In this document: positions 37,139-46,191 of the stretch, one piece after another | How positions within the stretch are numbered: position 1 is the first letter of the stretch | Layout: every line of letters starts with the position of its first letter | From: Candidatus Velthaea sp. | GTDB lineage: Bacteria > Vulcanimicrobiota > Vulcanimicrobiia > Vulcanimicrobiales > Vulcanimicrobiaceae | Direction of reading: 5' to 3' | Length of the DNA stretch: 64,000 nt | NCBI GenBank assembly: GCA_965214935.1 | Contig: CBDCCS010000021.1 | Coordinates: 320,001 to 384,000 of the forward strand | The notes under the pieces: model-generated | What the model was told of the DNA's origin: nothing | Seen by the model: only the letters and a program-made list of their open reading frames with translations | The model's database searches: none | Made by a program: the position numbers and the translations under genes

Positions 37139-38082
37139 ATCGCGGCGCTTTGCGCAGCGATCGCGAGATCGTAACCTTCGCGGCGCACGCGCACGTCGAT
37201 CGAATACATGACGACGAACGTCAGAACCAGCGCGTTGAGAACGAGTCCTCCGATGACCGCGACGATCGGATAGAGCGCACTGATGTGACTGACGACGCTG
37301 ATCCCGGCCGCAACGGCAACGAGTACGAGCGAGCCCAAGAACGTAACGATGAATGCGATGAGCGAGACCAGCAGCGAACGCCAAAAGATCGGCGGGCTCA
37401 ACGTGCGCCGGAGCCCGTGCGCGATGCCGCGGATCGGGTTGGCTTGTTCGAGCGCAATCGAAATGAAGCTTAACGTCGCGGCGAGATAGAGCAGCGCAAA
37501 GCTTGCAATAAACACCAGCACGCCGAGGACGGCAAACGCGATGCCGACGATCGTCGCGGCCGCTGTCGAAACGACGCTCAGCGCGCCGAAGGCGAGCGCA
37601 ATCAGAAACACGACGATCGTCAATCCGACCAGCAACACGATGGCGAGGCCGGCAAACGCCGCAATGGCAACAATCTGCGGGAGCCAGCAGCGCACGGCTC
37701 GACGGTACACGTCGCGCACCGAAGCGACGCGACCGGCGGAAGACTCGCCCACGGCCAACACGCAAGCCGTATACGAGACGACGTTGAACAGCAAACCGGC
37801 AAACACAAGTATTGCGCTCCATGCGCTCAGCCGGTTTTGTGCTACCCAATGCGCGATGAGTGCCTGTTGTTCGCGTTGATGTCCGGGCGGGATGGCAATG
37901 TAGCGCTGCAGGTCATCGATAAAATTTACCGTCTGCGGCGCTGAGATGTAGCGGCAGAGATCGACCGGAATTGCGACGAGCGCAAGAATGAGCATGAAGA
38001 TCGCAAAGTGCCGCACGAACAACGTCACGGCGCGATCGAGAATTTCGCCGATGCGCAAAGGCCGCAAATCTGGCTGTATCAC
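37135..38082 (-). CDS. Multi-pass membrane protein heading the MoxR operon
   Basis: LRPL.IGEILDRA start, about 6 TM segments, C-terminal Y.D.RVRREGYDL. Confidence 0.8.
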   Translation of the reverse strand: MIQPDLRPLRIGEILDRAVTLFVRHFAIFMLILALVAIPVDLCRYISAPQTVNFIDDLQRYIAIPPGHQREQQALIAHWVAQNRLSAWSAILVFAGLLFNVVSYTACVLAVGESSAGRVASVRDVYRRAVRCWLPQIVAIAAFAGLAIVLLVGLTIVVFLIALAFGALSVVSTAAATIVGIAFAVLGVLVFIASFALLYLAATLSFISIALEQANPIRGIAHGLRRTLSPPIFWRSLLVSLIAFIVTFLGSLVLVAVAAGISVVSHISALYPIVAVIGGLVLNALVLTFVVMYSIDVRVRREGYDLAIAAQSAAI

Positions 38083-38131
38083 GTGCCCGGAGCGTTCGGA
38101 TTACGGCCGCCTAAACCCTTAGCCGGGGACT

Positions 38132-38737
38132 TCACGAGGCGATAAGCCGCCGGCCTTCGAGGGCTTTGGCTAACGTGACTTCGTCGGCGTAATCAAGATC
38201 GCCGCCGATCGGCAATCCGTACGCTAAGCGGGTAACGCGCACGCCGCTCGGTGTAATGAGCCGCGATAGATACAGCGCCGTCGCTTCACCTTCGGCATTC
38301 GGATTCGTTGCAACGACGACTTCGTGCGGATCCTCGCCGGCGATCCGTTCGATTAATTCTTTAATGCGCAATTGGGCGGGGCCGATACCATCCATCGGCG
38401 AGATTACGCCGCCGATCACGTGGTAACGGCCGTTATAGGCCGAAGTTCGTTCGAGTGCATAAATGTCTTTGGCTTCGGCGACGACGCACAGCAGCGTTGC
38501 GTCGCGTCGCGGATCGTTGCAGATGTCGCACGGATCGTCTTCGGTAATGGCAAAGCAGCGCGAACAAAGCCGTACGCGGTCTTTGAGTGCGACGATTGCA
38601 TTAGCCAGCGTTTCGGCATCGGCGCGCGGCCGATTGAGTAAGTAGAAAACAAGTCGCGCAGCCGTCTTCGGACCGATGGTCGGTAATTTGGAAAATTCAT
38701 TGATCAGCGCCGCGACCGGTCCGGCAATTGCGTTGAT
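38132..38737 (-). CDS. recR: Recombination mediator RecR (apparent ATC start)
   Basis: Manual translation: INAIAGPVAALINEFSKLPTIGPKTAARL, C4 zinc finger CSRC...CDIC, YHVIGGVISPMDGIGP, Toprim NAEGEAT, RLAYGLPIGGDLDYAD; 201 aa. Confidence 0.93.
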   Translation of the reverse strand: MNAIAGPVAALINEFSKLPTIGPKTAARLVFYLLNRPRADAETLANAIVALKDRVRLCSRCFAITEDDPCDICNDPRRDATLLCVVAEAKDIYALERTSAYNGRYHVIGGVISPMDGIGPAQLRIKELIERIAGEDPHEVVVATNPNAEGEATALYLSRLITPSGVRVTRLAYGLPIGGDLDYADEVTLAKALEGRRLIAS

Positions 38738-38769
38738 TGCGAATGCCTATGCGTTCGAGCGAAGCGGCA

Positions 38770-39087
38770 TCACATCAGTCCCGGAATGCGCATTCCGCCG
38801 GTGAGCGCACCCATTTTGGTCGAACTGAGCGCCTGCACTTTGCCCAGCGCGTCGTTGAGCGCGACGATGAGCAAATCTTCGAGCGTCTCGATGTCTTGCG
38901 GATCGACCGCCTCGGGCGCAAGGGTGATTTTGGTGACCTTGAAGTCGCCGTTGAGCGCGACGCTGACCGCACCGCCGCCGGCTGAGCCCTCGACGATGGT
39001 TGCTGCGAGTTCCTCTTGAACGCGCGTCATCTCTTGTTGCATCTTACGCAATTGCGCCATCATCTGGGCTTGATTCGGTTGCGGCAT
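38770..39087 (-). CDS. ybaB: YbaB/EbfC nucleoid-associated protein
   Basis: MM.Q..KMQ, GSAGGGAVSV, DIETLEDLL..A.N.A; lies between dnaX and recR. Confidence 0.9.
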   Translation of the reverse strand: MPQPNQAQMMAQLRKMQQEMTRVQEELAATIVEGSAGGGAVSVALNGDFKVTKITLAPEAVDPQDIETLEDLLIVALNDALGKVQALSSTKMGALTGGMRIPGLM

Positions 39088-39148
39088 GTCGATTCTCTCA
39101 AGAAAGCAGGGTCGGGTGAAAGGCCGGCTCGTGCGGCCGGAACGACGC

Positions 39149-40762
39149 TCACCGCGGTAAGGTATCGATTGCATACCGCACGAGGTCACCCGGCTCATCG
39201 TGCGGCTCGGGTGCGTCTTCGGCGGAGCGCCCATTGTCAATGACGATACGGACTTCAAGCGGCCGCCCGAGCACGTCGTCGATGGCGTTGCGCAAGGCGC
39301 CAAGGTTCGCCTTGAGGATATCGGCGAGGTTGCGATCGGGAACGCGTAACGTTACACCGGTACGATCGAGCGTACCGACCGTTGTTTGCGACAATGCGGT
39401 TCGTAATGATGGTTTTCGTCCTTCCGCCCGCGTGCGCACGCTTTGCCACAACGATTTGACTTTTTGCAACGTCAGGTCGCCGGCCGCGACAGCCGGTATG
39501 GCAATCTCCGGCGCGACATCGGCCTGCGGCGGAGCCGATTGCACGCTTGCCGGAGCCGGCTCGGCCTTCCCGGCGGGCTCGATTGCGCCGCCTGTGCTGC
39601 GCGCACCGTTCGCCGCACGCGCGGTCCGCGGCTCATCGGTTTCAAGCGCCGCCACGCGTGCCGCGAGTGCGTCGAGCGACGGGTCTTCGGTCTGCAGAAT
39701 AAAGCGCAGGATCGCCGTCTCGACCTCGAGCCGGGCATTGCCCGAACCGCGTGCCGCCGCCAACGCATCGGCCAACAAACGCAAGCCGCGAATGAGCCGC
39801 GTCTGCGGCGTCGCGCGCGCACGGGCGAGCGCCGCGGCCGCATCGTCACCGGAGAGGTCGCGCGAGAGCAGTTCGGGATTGATCCGGGCCACCAGTAAGT
39901 GGCGGAACTCGGCGATCGTACTGCGGATGAGACCGGTCATGTCCGCCCCGGCGTCGCTTGCCTCGTCGATCGCGCCGAGCGCCGCGGTCGGCTCGCCGTC
40001 GAGCGCCGCGGTCAGCAATCGTCGCGCGAACTCGCGGCCGGTCTGCCCGAATGCGGCGTCGACGCTCGCTGCATCGACCGGTCCGCCGGCAAACGCCGCG
40101 ACCTGTTCGAGCATCGTGAGGGCATCCCGCAATCCGCCGTCGGCTCGATACGCAATCGCACCGAGCGCCGCTTCGTCGATAACTATTCCCTCTGCGGCGC
40201 CGATTGTACGCATCCGGCCGATCATCGTTTCGATCGGGATGCGACGAAATGCATAGCGCTGACAGCGCGAGAGAATCGTCGGCGGTAATGCCTCGGGCGC
40301 CGTTGTCGCCAGTATGAACACCGCATACGGCGGCGGTTCTTCGAGCGTTTTGAGAAATGCGTTCGCGCCTTCTTTAGTCAGCATGTGCGCCTCATCGATG
40401 ATGTAGACTTTCATCCGCATCGTCGCCGGCGCAAATTTAACCGCATCGCGCAGCGCGCGAATCTCATCGATACCGCGATTCGAGGCCGCATCGATTTCCA
40501 ATACGTCGAGCGCCGTGCCGGCCAGAATCGCGCGACAATTTTCGCAGGTATTGTCCGGAACGGCAGTTGGACCGTTTACGCACTCGATACAGCGGGCGAG
40601 AATTTTCGCGGCCGACGTCTTGCCCGAACCACGCGGTCCCGAGAAGAGATACGCATGCGCTAAGCGGCCCGTATCGATAGCTGTCGTCAACGTTCTGACG
40701 ACGGCGTCTTGCCCGACGAGATCGGCGAACAACTGCGGTCGCCAGGTGCGATATAAGGACAT
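39149..40762 (-). CDS. dnaX: DNA polymerase III subunit gamma/tau
   Basis: LYR.WRP..F.D.VGQ, GPRGSGKTS, EIDAASNRG, IIDEAHML, NAFLKTLEEPP, TILSRCQ. Confidence 0.95.
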   Translation of the reverse strand: MSLYRTWRPQLFADLVGQDAVVRTLTTAIDTGRLAHAYLFSGPRGSGKTSAAKILARCIECVNGPTAVPDNTCENCRAILAGTALDVLEIDAASNRGIDEIRALRDAVKFAPATMRMKVYIIDEAHMLTKEGANAFLKTLEEPPPYAVFILATTAPEALPPTILSRCQRYAFRRIPIETMIGRMRTIGAAEGIVIDEAALGAIAYRADGGLRDALTMLEQVAAFAGGPVDAASVDAAFGQTGREFARRLLTAALDGEPTAALGAIDEASDAGADMTGLIRSTIAEFRHLLVARINPELLSRDLSGDDAAAALARARATPQTRLIRGLRLLADALAAARGSGNARLEVETAILRFILQTEDPSLDALAARVAALETDEPRTARAANGARSTGGAIEPAGKAEPAPASVQSAPPQADVAPEIAIPAVAAGDLTLQKVKSLWQSVRTRAEGRKPSLRTALSQTTVGTLDRTGVTLRVPDRNLADILKANLGALRNAIDDVLGRPLEVRIVIDNGRSAEDAPEPHDEPGDLVRYAIDTLPR

Positions 40763-40935
40763 TCCGTTAACGTGTTTCGGGAAGCGCCGGGTGCATTCCG
40801 GTCGACTGCACGCGGTGTTTATGCAGCAGACGGCGCGGGTAAGCGAAACGAGTCGCGTTTTTCGTTACAATGCACGCCCGTATTGTCGGGGGTGCATCTT
40901 GCATCGGCGGCGCGCTCATCGATCGAGGAGCAATC

Positions 40936-42564
40936 GTGGCGGTAGCGGCTTTCGACGTGCACACGGCGCTGCATGAGCACTTTGGATTCGACCGGTTTCA
41001 GCCGGGTCAAGAAGAAATCATTACACGGGTCTTAGCCGGTCAGGATACCCTCGCGATCCTCGCCACCGGGGCCGGTAAATCGTTGTGCTATCAACTGCCG
41101 GCTCTCATCCTTACGGGAACGACACTCGTCGTGAGTCCGCTGATCGCTTTGATGAAAGACCAGATCGACATGTTGCACGAACGCGGCGTCGAGCACGTCG
41201 TCGCGCTCAATTCGACCTTGTCCGAAGATCAAGAAGCGACGGCGATCGAGCAGATCGCGACCGGCACGATCAAGATCGTCTTCGTTACGCCCGAGAAGCT
41301 CGAGGACGACCGGTTCGTGACAATGCTCGCGAAACTCCACGTACCGCTCTTCGTCGTCGACGAGGCGCATTGCATCAGCGCCTGGGGTCACGACTTCCGG
41401 CCCGCGTACCTCAACCTCGGCCGCGTGATAATGCAACTTCGCAAACCGACCGTCTTGGCCTTGACGGCGACTGCGACGCCGGCGGTTCGCGAGGACATCC
41501 TCGTGCAGTTGGGCATTCCCGACGTAAAGCCGATCGTCAAAGGTTTCGACCGGCCGAATTTACGTTACGAAGTCAAGCGCGCCGATTCCGAGGCAGCCAA
41601 ACTCAAGATCTTACGCGAGCTTTTCGAGACCGGCTTAGACGGCACGGGCATTATCTATACCGCAACGATCAAGAACGCGCTCGAAGTCCAGCACTACTTA
41701 CACGACACACTCAATTTGCCGGCCGCCGTTTATCACTCCAAGCTGCAAAAGCAAGATCGCATTTCGGTGCACGAGCTTTTCATGAATGAGAGCATTCGGG
41801 CGGTTGTGGCGACCAATGCTTTCGGCCTCGGCATCGACAAGCCTAATATCCGTTTCGTCGTGCATTACGACTTACCGGGTTCGGTCGAAGCGTATACGCA
41901 AGAAGCGGGCCGGGCCGGTCGCGACGGCAATCTCTCCCGATGTATCTTGCTTTACCGCATGAGCGACACGCGCGTACAGAACTATTTCTTGACCGGCAAA
42001 TATCCCGACGTCGAGGAAGTACAGAAAGTTTTCGGCACCCTGGAATTTTTCGGTACGCAAGAAGGCGGCGTGTCGCTCACCGATCTGCGGAAGATTTCGC
42101 AATTACCGTTGACGAAGCTTAAAGTAATCCTCGCACTATTGAAAAAATCCGGTTTTATCGAGACGCAGACCCGCGCGAAATATACGTTGACCGACAATGC
42201 GCGTGAGAAACGCGAGTTGCTGTTGAATCTTGCGAATTACGAGACCAAGAAGAGCTACGATCAATCGAAACTTGCGATGATGCTGCAATATTGCGAAACG
42301 TCATCTTGCCGGCGACGCTTTATCTTAAACTACTTTGGAGAAGATTTCGAGACGGAAAATTGCGGCGCTTGCGATAATTGTTTGCATGGCAACCGCTCGC
42401 AAACGCTGTCCGGTTACCGGATCGCAGATGTGGTATTTCATTCGAAGTTCGGGCAAGGCACGGTCGAACGCGCCGAGAAAGACCTCGTTACGGTTTTGTT
42501 TCCCGACGTCGGTTACAAAACGTTACTTGCCTCAGCGGTAAGCCGGGAAGCGAAGATCGCTTAG
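40936..42564 (+). CDS. recQ: RecQ-family helicase with C-terminal PcrA/UvrD-Tudor-like domain, no HRDC
   Basis: TGAGKSLCYQ, VDEAHCISAWGHDFRP, TATA, QEAGRAGRDG, Zn CRR...YFGE...CGACDNC; GTG 40936 after GAGGAG. Confidence 0.92.
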   Translation: MAVAAFDVHTALHEHFGFDRFQPGQEEIITRVLAGQDTLAILATGAGKSLCYQLPALILTGTTLVVSPLIALMKDQIDMLHERGVEHVVALNSTLSEDQEATAIEQIATGTIKIVFVTPEKLEDDRFVTMLAKLHVPLFVVDEAHCISAWGHDFRPAYLNLGRVIMQLRKPTVLALTATATPAVREDILVQLGIPDVKPIVKGFDRPNLRYEVKRADSEAAKLKILRELFETGLDGTGIIYTATIKNALEVQHYLHDTLNLPAAVYHSKLQKQDRISVHELFMNESIRAVVATNAFGLGIDKPNIRFVVHYDLPGSVEAYTQEAGRAGRDGNLSRCILLYRMSDTRVQNYFLTGKYPDVEEVQKVFGTLEFFGTQEGGVSLTDLRKISQLPLTKLKVILALLKKSGFIETQTRAKYTLTDNAREKRELLLNLANYETKKSYDQSKLAMMLQYCETSSCRRRFILNYFGEDFETENCGACDNCLHGNRSQTLSGYRIADVVFHSKFGQGTVERAEKDLVTVLFPDVGYKTLLASAVSREAKIA

Positions 42565-42601
42565 CTAGCTGCCGATTTCGGCTGTCTCGAAGGAGAGCCA
42601 T

Positions 42602-44407
42602 TTGCGACGCGTCTACGCGGCGTTCGGAAGCCTCGCGTTCGTGTTCGCACTTGCACTGGGCGCTCACGCGCAAAGTTTCAACGGAACCCCGGCTCCCGCG
42701 ATCTCGGGGCCATCGGCGCTGCCTTCGGCTACGCCACGCGTTGCACCGCCGACTCCGCCCGTTCCCGGCGCGGCTCCGGCGGTAAGCCCGCAGCCTTCCG
42801 GTACGTTACCGGCAACGGGTTCAACCGCCGCGCCGGGTCCGGGCGGTGCTCCGGCGACGACGCCCAGTCCGGCAACGGACGGCAGCGCTGCGCCTGCGAC
42901 GTCTGCGGAGCCTACTGCCGCACCGCTGCCGAGTCCGTCGCCGACGCCGGTGCCGATCGTTGCCGAACCGCCGAATGCAAGTGTCGAGCCGGGCAAAACC
43001 GTACAGATCCGCCTAAGCGGCACCTACGGTACGATTGTCGGAACTTCGGCGAATCCGCAAATTGCCGACGTCGTCGCCGATCAGAACGCTCGGGCGCTGT
43101 TCGTCACCGGACATGCGGTCGGAACGACGGTAGTAAACGTGAAAGACGATCGAAACGTCATTACGCGCGACGTCGACATCCGGGTTGCTTACGCGGCCGG
43201 AGTTCCGGCCGACGAAACGGCGATCCGGGTGACGGGAAATCCCGCGACGAGCACGTTCTTACGTGAAGTCGCCGCGGAGGCGGCGCAGCGCAGCGCGGTG
43301 CTGCGGCCGGGCGCCAGCGTTCACGTGTTGACCGATGCATTACCGATCCGGCGCAATCTCGATATCGATAACCGGACCGAAGTCGATGTTCCGCTACAGA
43401 TTACCGGCGACGGCTATCTGCCCGTCGACGGCCTGACGCATGTTGCAATCGAGAACTTCGCGTTACCGAATATTCAACCATCGGCGTTGCTCGTCAGCGA
43501 TTACCCCGAAACGCTCACGGCAAACGGTGTACTGTTCAGCGCCGATCTCGGCCGGCGCGACGCTCAACGGTTTCTCTACTACCACTATAATCCGGCGAGT
43601 CAGCCGAACCGTCGCATCTTGCTGCGCGTCTCGAATCCGTCGTCGCAAACGGCTACCGTGCAATTCATCTCCGGCTCGGCCGGCCCCGAGACGAACGAGA
43701 TGCAAGTCGGACATCTTTCAACCCAACGCTTCCTCGTGCGCGAGTTACAAAACGAGGGTTCGGTCGTCACGATCGCGCCCAATGCAACGGTAAATCTCGT
43801 CGATCATCCGTTGCCCGCCGGCAGTGTCGTTAGCGCGCTCTTGCAATTACGCGAAGTCGAGGGCGATCCCGTTCACCTCACGCTCGTTGCGCAAGATGCG
43901 TCGGCACCACTCGATCAGTCGGTCGATACGACGCAACTCTTGTCGGGCGGCGTTGCGCATGCACGCGGTGAGTATCAAGTGCCGCAATTTTATTTCGATT
44001 ACACCTACGCTGCCGGCAGCGAGAATCTCGAAATTCCGATCGGCCAGTTACCGCTGCCCAACTTACGTCGCGGCGAAGCATTAGCCGGTGATTATGGCGT
44101 TCAGCAAGCCGTCACCGTTACGATCGTCAACAGCGGAAACGCTGCGCAGCCGATTGCTATTTACGCCAATCCACGCGGCGGACGCGCAACCGGAACGTTC
44201 TTGATCGACCGCACCTTGGTCCAAACGCATGCATTGCCGGCATTCTCACGTTACAAGATCTGGCAAGAAACGATCTCCGCCAAAACGTTTCGCCGCGTGC
44301 AGATCATTACGATGCCCGAAGGCGGCTCGTCGTATCCGCTGCGGCTTATTTTCGCCGGCGACGATGGCAGCGTACCGCCCGGGGCGCCCGGCTCGCCGGT
44401 CTATTAA
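42602..44407 (+). CDS. Secreted protein: Pro/Ala/Thr linker, Ig-like (pilus-secretin N-terminal-like) domain and unknown C-terminal domain
   Basis: Signal peptide ending AHA; AAGGAG RBS; NP.IADV...LFVTG.AVGTT motif. Confidence 0.6.
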   Translation: MRRVYAAFGSLAFVFALALGAHAQSFNGTPAPAISGPSALPSATPRVAPPTPPVPGAAPAVSPQPSGTLPATGSTAAPGPGGAPATTPSPATDGSAAPATSAEPTAAPLPSPSPTPVPIVAEPPNASVEPGKTVQIRLSGTYGTIVGTSANPQIADVVADQNARALFVTGHAVGTTVVNVKDDRNVITRDVDIRVAYAAGVPADETAIRVTGNPATSTFLREVAAEAAQRSAVLRPGASVHVLTDALPIRRNLDIDNRTEVDVPLQITGDGYLPVDGLTHVAIENFALPNIQPSALLVSDYPETLTANGVLFSADLGRRDAQRFLYYHYNPASQPNRRILLRVSNPSSQTATVQFISGSAGPETNEMQVGHLSTQRFLVRELQNEGSVVTIAPNATVNLVDHPLPAGSVVSALLQLREVEGDPVHLTLVAQDASAPLDQSVDTTQLLSGGVAHARGEYQVPQFYFDYTYAAGSENLEIPIGQLPLPNLRRGEALAGDYGVQQAVTVTIVNSGNAAQPIAIYANPRGGRATGTFLIDRTLVQTHALPAFSRYKIWQETISAKTFRRVQIITMPEGGSSYPLRLIFAGDDGSVPPGAPGSPVY

Positions 44408-45438
44408 CGGTCGCGTTCGGTCAGAACCTGCGTGTAGACGGCCTCGTGCCTGGCCGCGGCGACCGACCAATCGAAGCGTTTGCGAGCGGCAGTTCGGCCG
44501 GTTTCGGCGCGTATCTGCGCCGCTCCACGATCGTCGAGTATCGCCTGTATTGCGCTCGTCCACGCGTGCGTGTCGTCGGGATCGGCAAGTGCGCCCGCCG
44601 TCTGCGCCACTTCGGTCAATGACGAACCGCGCGCAGCAACGAAGGGCAAGCCGGCACAGCGTGCCTCGGCAACCGCATAACCGAAGCCCTCGTAGCGCGA
44701 CGGAATGAGCGCGAGCGCGGCACGCGCATAGAGGTCGTCGAGTTCGGCCCGACCGACATAACCGCGCAGTTCCACGCGGCCGGCGAGCCCGTACCGCTCG
44801 ATCCGAGCTCGCACGATCTCGAGATAGGGCGTCGGCGGCCCGACCGAGACGATACGCAGAGTCGGCAGCTCGGCGGCGGCATCGATGATCCGGATGAGGT
44901 TCTTTCGAGCTTCGACGGTACCGACGACCAAGGCGAACGGAACGTCGTCGGGTCGCCGCACGATCGCAGCATACCCGGCGTCGACGCCGGGATAGATGAC
45001 ATGCGGCGCACGCTCGTCGCCGCTGAGCGTCCGATACTCGTCGGCGCCGAACTCGGAATCGACGATCACGGCCGCGGCGCGCTTGTATGCGTGACGCATC
45101 GCAGCGCCGAAATACGCGCGCGCATAGCGCGGCGTATGCGCCTGCACGCGAAGCCACGCCATATCGTGGACCGTAACGACCGTCGGCAGGCTGCGAACGA
45201 AGGGCAGCGTACCGGCCGTTGCATGGGCAATCGCTGCTCCGCTGCGCGCGATGGCGAGCGGCAGCAGAAGTTGATCCCAGAGCACGCGCCGGTCGAACCG
45301 CCAAGGATCGAGCCATGCCGCCTGGAGCCGGCGAACGTGTAGCCCGCGCACGCGCAATGCGGCAGCAAGGTCACGCTGGTAGACGCCGATGCCCGTGGCC
45401 GTACCGATCGCCAACTGAGCGTCGAGCGCGACGATCAT
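44404..45438 (-). CDS. Glycosyltransferase family 4 (MtfB/WbpY-like)
   Basis: TGIGVY, TVHD, VGTVEARKN, PSRYEGFG...EA. Confidence 0.9.
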   Translation of the reverse strand: MIVALDAQLAIGTATGIGVYQRDLAAALRVRGLHVRRLQAAWLDPWRFDRRVLWDQLLLPLAIARSGAAIAHATAGTLPFVRSLPTVVTVHDMAWLRVQAHTPRYARAYFGAAMRHAYKRAAAVIVDSEFGADEYRTLSGDERAPHVIYPGVDAGYAAIVRRPDDVPFALVVGTVEARKNLIRIIDAAAELPTLRIVSVGPPTPYLEIVRARIERYGLAGRVELRGYVGRAELDDLYARAALALIPSRYEGFGYAVAEARCAGLPFVAARGSSLTEVAQTAGALADPDDTHAWTSAIQAILDDRGAAQIRAETGRTAARKRFDWSVAAARHEAVYTQVLTERDR

Positions 45439-46178
45439 CGCTGCGCGCGCGCGAGGCCCGCCCGCGCGTCCGCGCTGTTGGGCACCGATTCGAGCGCCCG
45501 CGTGTAATACCGCGCCGCCGCACTTAGATCACCGATGGTCAGCGCCTGCTGACCGGCAGCGAGCAGATACGTCTCCTCGTTCGGAGCGATCGCCAATGCG
45601 CGCTCGTAGAGGTCGAGTGACTCGCGCTCGCGCCGTCCGGCATGGGCGGGATCTGCAGCCGCCTGCGACTGTGTGATTTGCCCGAGGCGCCAAAGTGCAC
45701 GAGCGCGTACGGTCGCCTGACCTCCGCCGGCGAGCGCGTCGACGAGACTTGCTTCGAGCCGTGCGGCTGCCTCGAAATCGCGGGCGTCGGCACGTGCATC
45801 GATGAGCCGTTGCGCTCGTTCATCGTCGCCGGCCGTCGCATAATCGCGCAATGCTTGAGCCGGATGACCGTTGACTTCGGCAAGCTGGCCGCGCAGTTCC
45901 GCACTTGCGGCATTGAGCGGCAGGCGGACGACCGTTGCAGCTGCGGCGCTGCGCTCACCGCGGTGCAGCAACGCCCGCGCATATGCCGTTTGCACGACGG
46001 CAGGAGCGCGCGCGACACCAAGCGCGACGGCAAGGGAGAAACCGAAAGCCGGCGAGAGTAAGCTCGGCACCGACGGCGCTCGCGCGAGATCACCGTAGAC
46101 GGCCATCGCTACGAATTGAACGGTGCCGAGCACGAGCCCGGAAATGACGGCCGCTACAACGCACAGCCCGCGCACCAC
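45435..46178 (-). CDS. Membrane-anchored TPR protein
   Basis: N-terminal hydrophobic segments; C-terminal YERALAIAP and YTRALESVPNSADARAGL TPR-like repeats. Confidence 0.6.
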   Translation of the reverse strand: MVRGLCVVAAVISGLVLGTVQFVAMAVYGDLARAPSVPSLLSPAFGFSLAVALGVARAPAVVQTAYARALLHRGERSAAAATVVRLPLNAASAELRGQLAEVNGHPAQALRDYATAGDDERAQRLIDARADARDFEAAARLEASLVDALAGGGQATVRARALWRLGQITQSQAAADPAHAGRRERESLDLYERALAIAPNEETYLLAAGQQALTIGDLSAAARYYTRALESVPNSADARAGLARAQR

Positions 46179-46191
46179 GTTCGGGCGGCGC

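Noticed and set aside
38132..38737. recR as a pseudogene or frameshift
   Set aside because: The frame is continuous and all motifs are intact; only the start codon is atypical.
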